DNA of 45,384 nt from an uncultured Reichenbachiellaceae bacterium. GTDB taxonomy: Bacteria > Bacteroidota > Bacteroidia > Cytophagales > Cyclobacteriaceae. Shown piece by piece: positions 20,724-30,387 of this stretch (its first letter is position 1; every line of letters starts with the position of its first letter). The notes beneath the pieces were generated by a model. It worked only from the letters and a program-made list of their open reading frames with translations. It did no database searches and was not told where the DNA came from. The translations under genes and the position numbers were made by a program. The stretch is from contig CAXBNB010000001.1 of assembly GCA_963976505.1 (NCBI GenBank), positions 1 to 45,384 on the forward strand, given 5' to 3'.

Positions 20724-21833
20724 ATGTATATCAAAATCCATTCACCGAAAGAACATTCCAGCAACAAAGGTTCGTCAAAGGATTTGGTTGAATACCTGGA
20801 AAAAGAAAATATTGGTAAAGATAGCATTGCACAAGAGTATTTTTTTTCCCACCATCAAGAAGTGGTTTCTCCCTACAAAGTTCAAGATATACTTGATCAT
20901 AATAACAAAGGCCTAAAATCCAAGGACGCCAAATTCTATATGCTCACCATCAACCCAAGTGAAAAAGAATTGGCACACATTCAGAACGATCCTTCTAAAT
21001 TAAAAGACTATACACGCTCTGTTATGGATCAGTATGCCACAGATATGAACAGGGTTGTCAATGGCCGTCAAATAACCGGAAGTGATCTTGTTTATTTTGC
21101 CAAATTGGAAAAATCACGGATATATAAACCCGAAAACACCAAATACTCCGCTCAATTCAGAACAAACCAGAACATCCGCAGGGAAATCAACGCCATCAAA
21201 GCAGAATCAGAAACCATGAAGCTTTCCGATTCCCTACAAAAACGCATTGACAAACATGAAAAAACCTATGTGCGCAATGCTGAAGGGACAGTAATCTTGC
21301 CTGGTAACTGTAGAGAAGGGCTGAATTCGCATGTCCATATTATCGTAAGCCGACAAGACATGAGCCAGTCAACTTCAATGTCACCTTTGGCCAATTCACG
21401 TGGCAGTAAGAACAAACTCAATGGAAAAGAAGTGAGCATAGGTTTTCATCGGGAAAAATTTGTTGATAAGGTTGAAACCATATTTGACAAAAAATTTGGC
21501 TACAACCGTGCCATAGAAGAATCTTTCCAATACCGTCATGGCAAAATACATGATGCTGAAAAGTTCGTCAAATCCTTAATGAATACTTCTTTGGATGCCA
21601 ACAACATCGCTAAGAGGCTTGTATCTCAAGCCATTAAAGACCCTGTGACAAGCAAACTTCTTTATGCCCCAACAACTCCTCAGTCGATGAAAAACAGGCT
21701 TCGAAAAGAAGCTATAAAAGCCGTTGCAGCAGCTGTAAAATTGAACCCTGCCGGGTTACCTGTCCAGCTATTCGAAAAAACTCTTGGCATGGTAGGCAGG
21801 GGTATAGGACATTCGACAGGGATCGGTATGTAA
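20724..21833 (+). CDS. mobB: MobB-type relaxase (DUF5712)
   Basis: NKGSSKDLVEYLEKEN, KDAKFYMLTINPS, SHVHIIVSRQD (HUH motif), MSPLANSR. Confidence 0.88.
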   Translation: MYIKIHSPKEHSSNKGSSKDLVEYLEKENIGKDSIAQEYFFSHHQEVVSPYKVQDILDHNNKGLKSKDAKFYMLTINPSEKELAHIQNDPSKLKDYTRSVMDQYATDMNRVVNGRQITGSDLVYFAKLEKSRIYKPENTKYSAQFRTNQNIRREINAIKAESETMKLSDSLQKRIDKHEKTYVRNAEGTVILPGNCREGLNSHVHIIVSRQDMSQSTSMSPLANSRGSKNKLNGKEVSIGFHREKFVDKVETIFDKKFGYNRAIEESFQYRHGKIHDAEKFVKSLMNTSLDANNIAKRLVSQAIKDPVTSKLLYAPTTPQSMKNRLRKEAIKAVAAAVKLNPAGLPVQLFEKTLGMVGRGIGHSTGIGM

Positions 21834-21846
21834 AGATTACCTAACC

Positions 21847-23499
21847 ATGAACTATATAAAAAACCAAATAAACATACTGCTCGGCTTCATTAATACTGTT
21901 CCGCATGCCATCATTTACCTTGGGGCCATTATCGTCATTTGTGCTGCCATTAACCTTATCATATTTAAAGTATCCAAGACAGGGGTCTCAATTCTGCTTT
22001 TAATCACATTCTATCTAGTGTCAGGAAGCCTGTTATACTATATGCTTCCTCAGTACTATTCTATTTCAATCAATGCAACGGTAATTTTCCTGCCAGCTTT
22101 TATATTAAGTCTGTTGGTCGATGTGCTCGTAAGCCCATCAAAGAAAAAACAAAAAGCCGATACAAATAATCCTTTTCTCGTCGGTTTCGAAACCGACAAA
22201 GGCAAATATTATTTTGACCTGATCAGAGGCTTCGCCATATTCGGAGCATCCGGGTCAGGTAAGACCAAAAGCGGCTTTCTCCCGATCATAAAACATTGTG
22301 CTGATTTTGGGCTATCTGGGATTATTTATGATTACAAGGACTTTGAGCTCTCCGAGATTGTTTACTACTTCTTCAAAGACTCCCACATTCCTGTTAAAAC
22401 TATTTATCTGACTGACCCTGACTTTTCACACAAGGTCAATCCAATCCATCCCGATTACATTGATCAGATGGCAGACATGGAAAGTGCTATCGATGTATTT
22501 GTTCAGAACCTGGCCCCAAAAGGAAAGGGTGGGAATGATAACTTTTTTGTCGAAGCTGCTGCCGGAGCCTTATCAGGCATTGCCTGGAGATTAAAAGAGG
22601 ACTACCCGGAAAAATGTCATATTCCGATGGCTTCTGGAATTTTACTCATGAAAGATATCAAGGGCATTGCCGCATTCATAAAAGAAAACGACTATGCCCG
22701 AATCCTTGCTGCGCCTTTTCTTGACAGCATGGGATCAGAAAAACAAATGGCTGCCGTAAAAGCAACACTCTCGGCTATGATCAAAAAAGTTATGACCCCT
22801 GAGATCGCAATGATCATGTCAGGTTCAGACTTTTCTTTACGGGTCAATGACAAAGAAAACCCCATTATGATGACCATTGTTAATAACGTTACCTATGAAT
22901 CGGTTCATTCCCCCATCATTGCAATCATTATGCAAACAGCTATACGATTGATGTCCAAAAGGGATCAGAACCCATCTCTTTTATTATTAGATGAAGGCTC
23001 TACTGTAAAACTGCCAAACCTTGCCAGAATTCCCGCCACACTGAGAACATTCCTTACAGGAACCGTTTGGGGCTTACAAGACAAAGTACAGGGGGCCATT
23101 ACCTATGATGAAAATACACTGAAAGCTATATTGACAAACCTATCTACAAAAATGTTCGGGAAAGTAAATGACCCTGACACTGCCAAATTTTATGAACATT
23201 TCTTCGAATTAATTGAAAAGGAACAACGTAGCTATAGTAAATCAGATGAACTCATTTCCAAAACCGAACGAAGGATCAATATATCTAAAAAAGAAACTTC
23301 AAAACACCGTGCCCAGGAGTTTTACAAACTCAAAAAAGGACAATTCTTTCTATTCGACGAAGACGGGGAAAGCTATAAGCTGCAATTCAAAATCCCATCG
23401 TTTGGCACTATTGCCCCTGAACCCATTAACAATTATTCAAAAACAGAATTGAAGAAAAATTTTGATGACCTGCTGAATGAATGTAAAACCATTACATAA
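21847..23499 (+). CDS. Type IV coupling protein (VirD4/TraD/MobC family)
   Basis: Three N-terminal transmembrane helices, GASGSGKT, IYDYKDFEL, LLLDEG. Confidence 0.9.
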   Translation: MNYIKNQINILLGFINTVPHAIIYLGAIIVICAAINLIIFKVSKTGVSILLLITFYLVSGSLLYYMLPQYYSISINATVIFLPAFILSLLVDVLVSPSKKKQKADTNNPFLVGFETDKGKYYFDLIRGFAIFGASGSGKTKSGFLPIIKHCADFGLSGIIYDYKDFELSEIVYYFFKDSHIPVKTIYLTDPDFSHKVNPIHPDYIDQMADMESAIDVFVQNLAPKGKGGNDNFFVEAAAGALSGIAWRLKEDYPEKCHIPMASGILLMKDIKGIAAFIKENDYARILAAPFLDSMGSEKQMAAVKATLSAMIKKVMTPEIAMIMSGSDFSLRVNDKENPIMMTIVNNVTYESVHSPIIAIIMQTAIRLMSKRDQNPSLLLLDEGSTVKLPNLARIPATLRTFLTGTVWGLQDKVQGAITYDENTLKAILTNLSTKMFGKVNDPDTAKFYEHFFELIEKEQRSYSKSDELISKTERRINISKKETSKHRAQEFYKLKKGQFFLFDEDGESYKLQFKIPSFGTIAPEPINNYSKTELKKNFDDLLNECKTIT

Positions 23500-24028
23500 T
23501 GATTTCTTTTTCACTATTTATCGGTCTCCTTTTGTATCATCTAAGGACGAATTGAGGTCAATAAAATTCTACCCTTAAGCGTCGCATTATAATAAAAGTG
23601 TCATGAGATACCCACTTCAGCTACCGCTTTGATAATCATTATTCAAGAAGGCCAATTATTAATTGAACTTCTTGAACTTTTCTTCATCAATCGGTTTACA
23701 TCCCTATTCTAAAGAATTCCTCAATGCTTGCATCGGGTTAAATTGCGGAAAAATTTGTAGAACGCCAGGTTTTCGTCAAAACAAAATTCCATTGAATACG
23801 CCGTCAGCTTGCAGTGGGATATTTATTGTCATTGAGAAGTGGTATCGACACAAACTTTGCCTATGGGTGCCAGGCAGCAAAAAAAAACTAAGTAACTTTT
23901 TTTGTGCAATTGAGGAACCCACGCCCATTCATGACTAAATGTATACCGATAGGAATTGTACGCCCTTTTCACCAAACATTCAATAACAACAATTTCAGAA
24001 TAATCGTTATAGTTAGTAAATTTGATTT

Positions 24029-24265
24029 ATGAAAGTTGTTACTACCGATGACGAAATAAAAATATCTAAGCTGACTGAGTCTGAAAAAACAGAATTTGCT
24101 ATCTGGTTGTATCAACGAAAAGCTGTTTCCGCTGCTAAAGCTGCTTCTTTAGCTGAAAAGGACAGACTTGATTTTATGAAACTCCTTTCCGAACAAAATA
24201 TATCAATCTATACTGAAGATGATCTTGCCCAGGATCTTAATGCCATAGAATTCCTAAACTCCTGA
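24029..24265 (+). CDS. UPF0175-family antitoxin
   Basis: AIWLYQRKAVSAAKAASLAEKDRLDFMKLL...EDDLAQDL; directly upstream of a PIN gene. Confidence 0.85.
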   Translation: MKVVTTDDEIKISKLTESEKTEFAIWLYQRKAVSAAKAASLAEKDRLDFMKLLSEQNISIYTEDDLAQDLNAIEFLNS

Positions 24266-24273
24266 TTTTACCA

Positions 24274-24753
24274 ATGATAGTATCGAATAGTTCGCCACTA
24301 ATAATGGCTGCTAAAATTGATCGGTTCGATCTATTATCAAGCGTATTTCCAGAAGGAATTGTGATTCCTGAAATGGTTTACAATGAAATAACGAATTCTG
24401 ATAAACCCGGGTCACTAGAGGTGCAGTCTGCTGAGTTTATCAACGTAAAAATTTGTACAAACCAAGCTCTTGTACACGGGCTAAATAAAAAATTGGATGC
24501 AGGCGAATCTGAAGCAATTGCTTTAGCCCATGAATTAGGAGCAAAAATTATCCTTATGGATGATAATATGGCTAGATCAACGGCCAGCACTTTTGGGTTA
24601 AAACCAATTGGAATCATTGGGATACTCATTTTAGCTAAAGATCTAGGTTTTATTGATCTACTCAAACCAGAGCTGAACAAGCTCATTGCAAATGGATTTT
24701 GGTTGTCCAATAACCTTATTGATATTGTTTTGTCTCGGGTGGGCGAAAAATGA
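24274..24753 (+). CDS. DUF3368 PIN-domain toxin (VapC-like)
   Basis: IVSNSSPLI, IPEMVYNEI, LDAGESEAIALA, LMDD, GIIGIL. Confidence 0.9.
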   Translation: MIVSNSSPLIMAAKIDRFDLLSSVFPEGIVIPEMVYNEITNSDKPGSLEVQSAEFINVKICTNQALVHGLNKKLDAGESEAIALAHELGAKIILMDDNMARSTASTFGLKPIGIIGILILAKDLGFIDLLKPELNKLIANGFWLSNNLIDIVLSRVGEK

Positions 24754-24966
24754 GCAGTGAGTAACAAGACCTGGCGTTGTTTTTTAGAATTACTATTACA
24801 ACCCCGATCAGCAAGTTGATAAAGGCAACTTCTTAAGAGATAAAAAACAGTAAACCGCAACTTGCTCTTTTCCTTGAATTGACCTTGAAAGGAATCAACC
24901 TCTATCAACCTCTACATCAGACCATTGATTATACAAATAAAATTAGGGGCGCCAGCACACAAAAAA

Positions 24967-25042
24967 GCCACACCGGGCTATTGTCCCAAGGGATCAAGCT
25001 ACCCTACGGGTGATCTTGACCAAAGGCTACTATCCCCGTGGC
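24967..25042 (+). other. Branched hairpin element
   Basis: GCCAC/GTGGC, CGGG/CCCG, TCC-CAAG-GGA, and TCAAG/CTTGA enclosing ACCC-TAC-GGGT. Confidence 0.5.
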
Positions 25043-25064
25043 CACATCATACCATTGACCGCTT

Positions 25065-25103
25065 CACCTTGACAACTCACCTTGACAACTAATGTTGACA
25101 ACT
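25065..25103 (+). repeat. Three tandem 13-bp repeats (core TTGACAACT)
   Basis: CACCTTGACAACT CACCTTGACAACT AATGTTGACAACT. Confidence 0.8.
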
Positions 25104-25256
25104 CAGTTTTTCACAGCTCCCAGAACTGCTATGGTCCATTACAGGTTAATAGGCCAATTTCTATACTATCGTAAGCCCAGTCAATTAAGCCAAAAAAAAG
25201 GGCTAAAAAGCTCTTCCCTAAATCACTTTTTAGGATTTTAAATCAAATGGCTTGCC

Positions 25257-25497
25257 CAGGTGGTTTTCTGCGCCTTTCACCCCCGCCTTCGGCAAAGTTA
25301 GCAATCCCCCTTTTCGGAGCCTGTCAAATTTTGCGCACCTTAAAGCCGTCCCCAGAAGGAGGGACTATTTAGCCAACACGCAAGGCCCTAATTATGACAG
25401 TGCCCGAAGGGATTGCTTTGCTAAATGCGTAAGGAACGGAAAGGCAGAAGGCTTGAAAATCCACTGCCTTTTCCCTGCCGGGGGCGAAAGGAAACCT
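25257..25497 (+). other. Large multi-branch structured element (ssDNA promoter or ncRNA candidate)
   Basis: Outer stem CCTTTCACCCCCG/CGGGGGCGAAAGG; long arm AGCAATCCC/GGGATTGCT, TTCGG/CCGAA, CTGTCA/TGACAG, TTGCG/CGCAA, GTCCC/GGGAC; side stem GGAAAGGCAG/CTGCCTTTTCC. Confidence 0.65.
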
Positions 25498-25919
25498 AAA
25501 AAACCGAAGTAACCACAAGATGCCAATCCTAAAAAAGGCAACACATTAGTATTTTGAAAAGCATATTAATTACATATATGCCTATTGTATGATCGATCTA
25601 AAAGATACAATGCCAGTTTAGTTTTAAGGGGACACTTTTTAGATAAATTTGATCAAGTTGGCCTCCAAAATACCAATGTCAACCACTTGTTTTCGTTTCG
25701 CCATCCCCATTCCATGTAAAAGGATCCCCATTAAAAACACGGGTGCTTTGTTTTTGAGAATATCCTGAGTAATCATAAAGAAGAAATAGGAGCAAGGCTG
25801 AGTTGATCACAGACATCTTCTTTTGAAAAATAACCAGATCGAACCTATCGGGGCCCTTTCAATACCACCAATTGCGATTCAATCTGATCGGCTCTTCCGA
25901 CAGTATAATTGTTTCCAAA

Positions 25920-26026
25920 GGTGGTTTGGCCACCCTAAACCAAAAATGGGTCCAAATTAAAACCCGCAAAAGCAGGCCAGCACCCGCCTGGGCCTCCTTT
26001 TAATTAGGCTTCCTTTTGTGGTTTAG
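25920..26026 (+). promoter_or_regulatory. Nested hairpin upstream of the PRTRC operon
   Basis: CTAAACCA/TGGTTTAG, AATTAAAA/TTTTAATT and AGGCC/GGCCT, ending 50 bp before the ATG at 26077. Confidence 0.6.
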
Positions 26027-26076
26027 TGCATTACCCGCAAGACCTGCCCACACCGAAGTAAGGAAAAATTATAACT

Positions 26077-26304
26077 ATGAAAGAGCAATCATTATATGAG
26101 CTAATCGGTGAATTAAGGAACCTGTCCGATGTTTTCAGATTCCTGAACAAGCAGGCTATTGTCAACTATGGGGTAGAGCATTATAACAAGCTACTGGTAG
26201 GAAGGGAAGTAAACAAAGTGTGTCAGATCCTTAAAGAGAGTTTCAGTGAGTCCTACGGCCTCGATGAGCTTCTTGACATGGCCATTTATGACTATCTCAA
26301 ATAG
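26077..26304 (+). CDS. Hypothetical protein, first gene of the PRTRC operon
   Basis: 75-aa ORF with an A-rich leader, co-oriented with the PRTRC genes. Confidence 0.65.
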   Translation: MKEQSLYELIGELRNLSDVFRFLNKQAIVNYGVEHYNKLLVGREVNKVCQILKESFSESYGLDELLDMAIYDYLK

Positions 26305-26335
26305 TTTATTTATTCACTCCAAAACAATTTTTGAT

Positions 26336-27025
26336 ATGGAAACTAATTTCTTTTCACAGTTAGATCCTATGATCGAGGGATTTGACATTCAGATGACCAT
26401 TAAAAAGATAGATGGTAAAATGACACTTTCAGTCTTCAGCGAACCACGTATTGATGACAAAGCCCGAAAGCACATACCGCCTCTCAGTTTCATAGCTACG
26501 GCCAAAGAACTTGATGAGAACTTTTTTAATGAGATCCAAAAGCCAATGGCGACAATTTCCGGATTTTCATTGGATATGAAAAAGTTTGAAACAGCTATGG
26601 CCGCTACCGAAGCGGAGACTCAACGGGCCCGTAAAATCGAAGCTGACGAGCGAAAAATGAAAACTGATGCCAAGGTTAAACTTGATAAGGGCAAAGTACT
26701 TCTGGAAGAAAATAAACCCAGACAGGCCATTTCTGCCTTTCAGGAAGCTCTGAAAATTTATTCTGGCTATCCGGAAGCTACAAAGTTGCTTATTCAGGCC
26801 AAAACCAAAGCTGGGCTTGGCGCTGGTTTGTTCGATGATATCACCGAACAAAAAACAGATGAAATACAAGACTCTTCCGAACCTGTTTCTACAGAAAGTC
26901 AATCCAATAACCAAATCATCGATCAAAATAAAGGAGTGCAAAGTGCAACCATACCTGAAATCGCTGAACCCAGTGAAAATGTTATAATAGTTAAACCACA
27001 AACATACCACCATGGAAGTCATTGA
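26336..27025 (+). CDS. PRTRC system protein E, with a TPR-like hairpin
   Basis: METNFFSQL...IPPLSF.ATAKELDENFF.EI.KP; the likely start is ATG 26336 rather than the ORF-track start. Confidence 0.8.
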   Translation: METNFFSQLDPMIEGFDIQMTIKKIDGKMTLSVFSEPRIDDKARKHIPPLSFIATAKELDENFFNEIQKPMATISGFSLDMKKFETAMAATEAETQRARKIEADERKMKTDAKVKLDKGKVLLEENKPRQAISAFQEALKIYSGYPEATKLLIQAKTKAGLGAGLFDDITEQKTDEIQDSSEPVSTESQSNNQIIDQNKGVQSATIPEIAEPSENVIIVKPQTYHHGSH

Positions 27026-27227
27026 AATACTTAGAGAATTCACCGCTTCAGTAGGTGGAGAAGAAATCACTTTATCCGACCCGAATCCTGAATTCACCGT
27101 CGGTGAGGTAATGCAGTTCTATTCGGGTAAATACCCCGAACTCACCACAGCGAACTGGACAGGGCCCGAAATCATAAATGATAAACGGGTGTATACTTTT
27201 TCAACCATTCTTGGTAACAAAGGATGA
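27012..27227 (+). CDS. PRTRC system protein C (prokaryotic ubiquitin-like)
   Basis: LSDPNPEFTVGEVMQFYSGKYPELTTA...GP...YTFSTILGNKG with a terminal Gly. Confidence 0.92.
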   Translation: MEVIEILREFTASVGGEEITLSDPNPEFTVGEVMQFYSGKYPELTTANWTGPEIINDKRVYTFSTILGNKG

Positions 27228-27466
27228 AAACGATTGACTATATAAATCAATACAAATGCAAGCCATTAAGCAAGTCAACAAGCAAGCCATCAATCAAACC
27301 CCACCTTCCGGACGGGCTTGCGACAGAAAAGCCGTTCTCAAAATACGAGGTAGACAACCTGATCCAAATAATCAGATCAGAAAAAACCAAGGATTTAAAC
27401 CACGTTCAAACCGAAAAGGTAGAACGGCAGCTGATGATCCCAGAAACGATTCCTTTTGTCATGTAA
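27224..27466 (+). CDS. Hypothetical 80-aa protein coupled to protein C and overlapping the next gene out of frame
   Basis: ATGA overlap with the protein C stop codon. Confidence 0.45.
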   Translation: MKTIDYINQYKCKPLSKSTSKPSIKPHLPDGLATEKPFSKYEVDNLIQIIRSEKTKDLNHVQTEKVERQLMIPETIPFVM

Positions 27467-28434
27467 CCGGGAGCCTGAAGGCTATTTGTCAAGCACAGTT
27501 GGCGATCCAACCAGGCCTTATGCACAAATGGCTTTCACAGGTGGCTCCGCTGGTTTGCAGCCATCCACAGTTCCAGGATAAGGAATGGACAGCACAGGAC
27601 AACATTTCTGATGTACTACACCATATTATATCGGAGTTTCAAAGAATTACACCCGAAGATCTTACGGTAATCTTTCATATCTCCGATTTGGAAGTAACAC
27701 CCTATTGGATAAAGGAATGTGATGCCTGTTATTCATATGGCAATTTATTGCCGTGTGATTGGCTGGCCACCCTGGGTAGGAAACACCGACAGTTGTATCA
27801 ATTGGCCATTGATTTTTTCTCTTTTTGTGTTCATCGACTTCACATGCCCATTTGGAATGAATGGGACGAAGAAGCGCACATTGAGTATGTAGAAGAAGAG
27901 CTGGCTAACACCGAAGAATACGGAACAGAACTTGATGAAGATGAAATTAAAGAGTTGCGTCAGAGCATCACCTATTACAGAAAACATGCTGTCGGCCAAT
28001 ATGCCAAAAAGGTCCATAAAAATGAGATTTCCGTTGCAACATTCGCTCAGCGATTAAAAGACTATAAACCCAGGAAATCTAAGTATCGGAGATTCAAAAA
28101 TTGGATGATCAGCGCGCTGGAAATCCACCGTTTAGGCTTCAACTTTCGGGATGCTGATTGCCCTTTTATAATTCCTGAAGACTTTTATAACAACGGGGAA
28201 TTGGAACCCTACCGGTACATACGTTTTATATGGAGCAGTGAAGATCCTCTAGGAAAAGGGGTTACTAATTCCATCTGCGAAAATGCAGGAAATATCGGCA
28301 TCATTCCCTTGGTCGAATTTGAGATAGTCAATGAAAAAGACATCTCAAATCCATCAAAATTTTTTGGCAAAGCCACCACATTCTACAACTGGTTGAGTGA
28401 CGGCCATCAAATCACAAATAATTTATACCAATAA
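27256..28434 (+). CDS. PRTRC-associated protein (protein F position)
   Basis: 392-aa ORF between proteins C and B; true start uncertain. Confidence 0.65.
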   Translation: MQAIKQVNKQAINQTPPSGRACDRKAVLKIRGRQPDPNNQIRKNQGFKPRSNRKGRTAADDPRNDSFCHVTGSLKAICQAQLAIQPGLMHKWLSQVAPLVCSHPQFQDKEWTAQDNISDVLHHIISEFQRITPEDLTVIFHISDLEVTPYWIKECDACYSYGNLLPCDWLATLGRKHRQLYQLAIDFFSFCVHRLHMPIWNEWDEEAHIEYVEEELANTEEYGTELDEDEIKELRQSITYYRKHAVGQYAKKVHKNEISVATFAQRLKDYKPRKSKYRRFKNWMISALEIHRLGFNFRDADCPFIIPEDFYNNGELEPYRYIRFIWSSEDPLGKGVTNSICENAGNIGIIPLVEFEIVNEKDISNPSKFFGKATTFYNWLSDGHQITNNLYQ

Positions 28435-28441
28435 CAATCCT

Positions 28442-29182
28442 ATGTTCCTTAACAATCTTTCAAAAAAATACCATCCCTCAATAGCCCTTGTGGTCTATGA
28501 GTTAACCGAAAAAGAACAGTCATCTGATGACCTAGACAGCCATTACCTGGAAGCTTTTGAGTTTGATCAGGACCCAGGAACTGACAATTTCAACCTTGGT
28601 AGCGGTAAACCGGTCACTAAAAACTTGCTTGACAGCTTGGCTGAATTTCTAAGCAAGCGAAAAATCAAACAGGAAAAAGTTTTCACTTTCAAAGAGAATC
28701 GCATACCGCCCAATATCCTTTTTGCCGGACAGGAGCAAAAGCAAAAGAAATTCTCGTGGTTCCTGAATGAGCCCAAAAGAGTACTGTACTTTTCTAAAGA
28801 ACTAAACATTCCCACAGGAGAAGTACAGCTCCCTAACCTGGTATTTACTGCCAGCCTAAACCCTTCCCGTATTTCGGTGTTTGCCTATACAGACACCGAA
28901 CTGGTATCAACAAGCCGCATGTATTTGGCCCCGTTCCATAACACAGATCAAGCCGGTGTTTGCCTTGGCACGGTTAAAATAAAAACCAACACCAACTTTT
29001 GGGAAGACCTGATACAGGGAGCCGAAAACGCTTTCTTCAACTCGTATTTCACGCATTTGAACGGAAGCAATCCTGTAAAAGGAAACCTGAACGCTATCCT
29101 TGATCAATGCATCACCAAAAAAGAGCCTTTTCCCAAACAGGCACTTATACCCACTACTAAAACTTTAAATGACGTAATATGA
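28442..29182 (+). CDS. PRTRC system protein B (E2-like)
   Basis: YLEAF, GKPVT, IPPNILF, LYFSKELNIPTG...LPNLVF, LAPFHNT...VCLG, FFNSYFTH. Confidence 0.88.
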   Translation: MFLNNLSKKYHPSIALVVYELTEKEQSSDDLDSHYLEAFEFDQDPGTDNFNLGSGKPVTKNLLDSLAEFLSKRKIKQEKVFTFKENRIPPNILFAGQEQKQKKFSWFLNEPKRVLYFSKELNIPTGEVQLPNLVFTASLNPSRISVFAYTDTELVSTSRMYLAPFHNTDQAGVCLGTVKIKTNTNFWEDLIQGAENAFFNSYFTHLNGSNPVKGNLNAILDQCITKKEPFPKQALIPTTKTLNDVI

Positions 29183-29964
29183 AAATTCATTACATAGATC
29201 CCTATTTACAGCAACCGGCCCACCCCATTACAGTCGGCCTTATTGGTTGTGGTGGGACCGGTACCAACCTGGTCACCCAACTGGCAAGAATTGATTACTC
29301 GCTCAAAGAACTTGGTCACCCAGGGCTACATGTCACCGTTTTTGATGGTGATATAATAAGCCCTTCAAACATAGGCAGACAACTCTTTTCACCAGCGGAA
29401 ATCGGTTTAAATAAGGCCGTTGCACTGGTAACAAGAATGAACCGTTTTTTCGGTACCAGCTGGAAGGCCATACCACAGGATTTTTCCACTAAAACCAGTG
29501 TCGAGCTTCAAGGCCATAATATTGTTATTACTTGCGTGGATTCTGCAAAGGCGAGGATAGAAATACATGAAGTGCTGAAGAACCACACCGCGAAATCTCA
29601 GCCATCCCAGCCATATAAGATCTTTTACTGGCTTGATACAGGCAATACCAAAGACGGTGGACAGGTGGTTATTGGTAGCCTCAAGCAGATTGCGCAACCT
29701 GATCAGAGCAAGTTTGATTGTGTGGGTAAACTCCCACACTTGTTGGACCTATATCCGGATATAGAAAAATACGATACCGCAGCATTACAAGGCCCTACCT
29801 GCTCGGTGGCACAAGCACTCAGCAAACAGGACCTGTTCATTAATTCAATGGTCGCGCAGTATGCCGGTACCCTGTTAATGCGCCTACTCAAAGATGGGTT
29901 TACCATCTATAATGGGGCTTTTATCAGCCTTGTTAACCTGCATACAAACCCCATCAAATTGTAA
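29179..29964 (+). CDS. PRTRC ThiF-family (E1-like) protein
   Basis: IGCGGTG, DGDIISPSNIGRQLF, TCVDSAKAR, WLDTGN, PTCSVAQALSKQDLFIN. Confidence 0.93.
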   Translation: MKIHYIDPYLQQPAHPITVGLIGCGGTGTNLVTQLARIDYSLKELGHPGLHVTVFDGDIISPSNIGRQLFSPAEIGLNKAVALVTRMNRFFGTSWKAIPQDFSTKTSVELQGHNIVITCVDSAKARIEIHEVLKNHTAKSQPSQPYKIFYWLDTGNTKDGGQVVIGSLKQIAQPDQSKFDCVGKLPHLLDLYPDIEKYDTAALQGPTCSVAQALSKQDLFINSMVAQYAGTLLMRLLKDGFTIYNGAFISLVNLHTNPIKL

Positions 29965-29969
29965 TTATT

Positions 29970-30236
29970 ATGCTAATTAATGCTCATAATTTCCATCAGG
30001 CCATTAAGATTGAGCAGATGGTAAAAGCTCAGGTTAAAACTGAAATGCCGGCTTCTAGCTTCCTGCTTACTTCAATCGACAATGCAGCCATCTATTTTAA
30101 TGTGGTTGCACCAAAAATTAAAATCACTTCTCAACAGGTTAAGGATTTAAAACAAAAAACAGGGTTTTTGATTTTGAAAGAGAATACGTCAGGAGCATTA
30201 TATAACGCACATTTCAAAATGTTCCTATACCCATGA
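29970..30236 (+). CDS. Hypothetical protein at the end of the PRTRC operon
   Basis: Starts 5 bp after the ThiF stop; 88 aa. Confidence 0.6.
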   Translation: MLINAHNFHQAIKIEQMVKAQVKTEMPASSFLLTSIDNAAIYFNVVAPKIKITSQQVKDLKQKTGFLILKENTSGALYNAHFKMFLYP

Positions 30237-30387
30237 TGAGTTCATTTTTAACAATTAAGATGCAATGCCAGCTTTGACCGCTACCATTTTTCTCCAAAAA
30301 GTAGCTTTCCCTTTTTACCAGTCAAAACGCTTACCAGAAATTTTCTTCCCTAAAAGCCACAACACAAATTTCCGTGCACTTTCCTTT

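Noticed and set aside
23520-23990. Gene between the coupling protein and the TA pair (including ORF 23663-23938)
   Set aside because: The frames examined contain stops or lack recognisable features; at most a decayed relic.
25252-25512. 86-aa ORF
   Set aside because: It coincides exactly with the GC-rich structured element, starts at TTG and has an unprotein-like composition.
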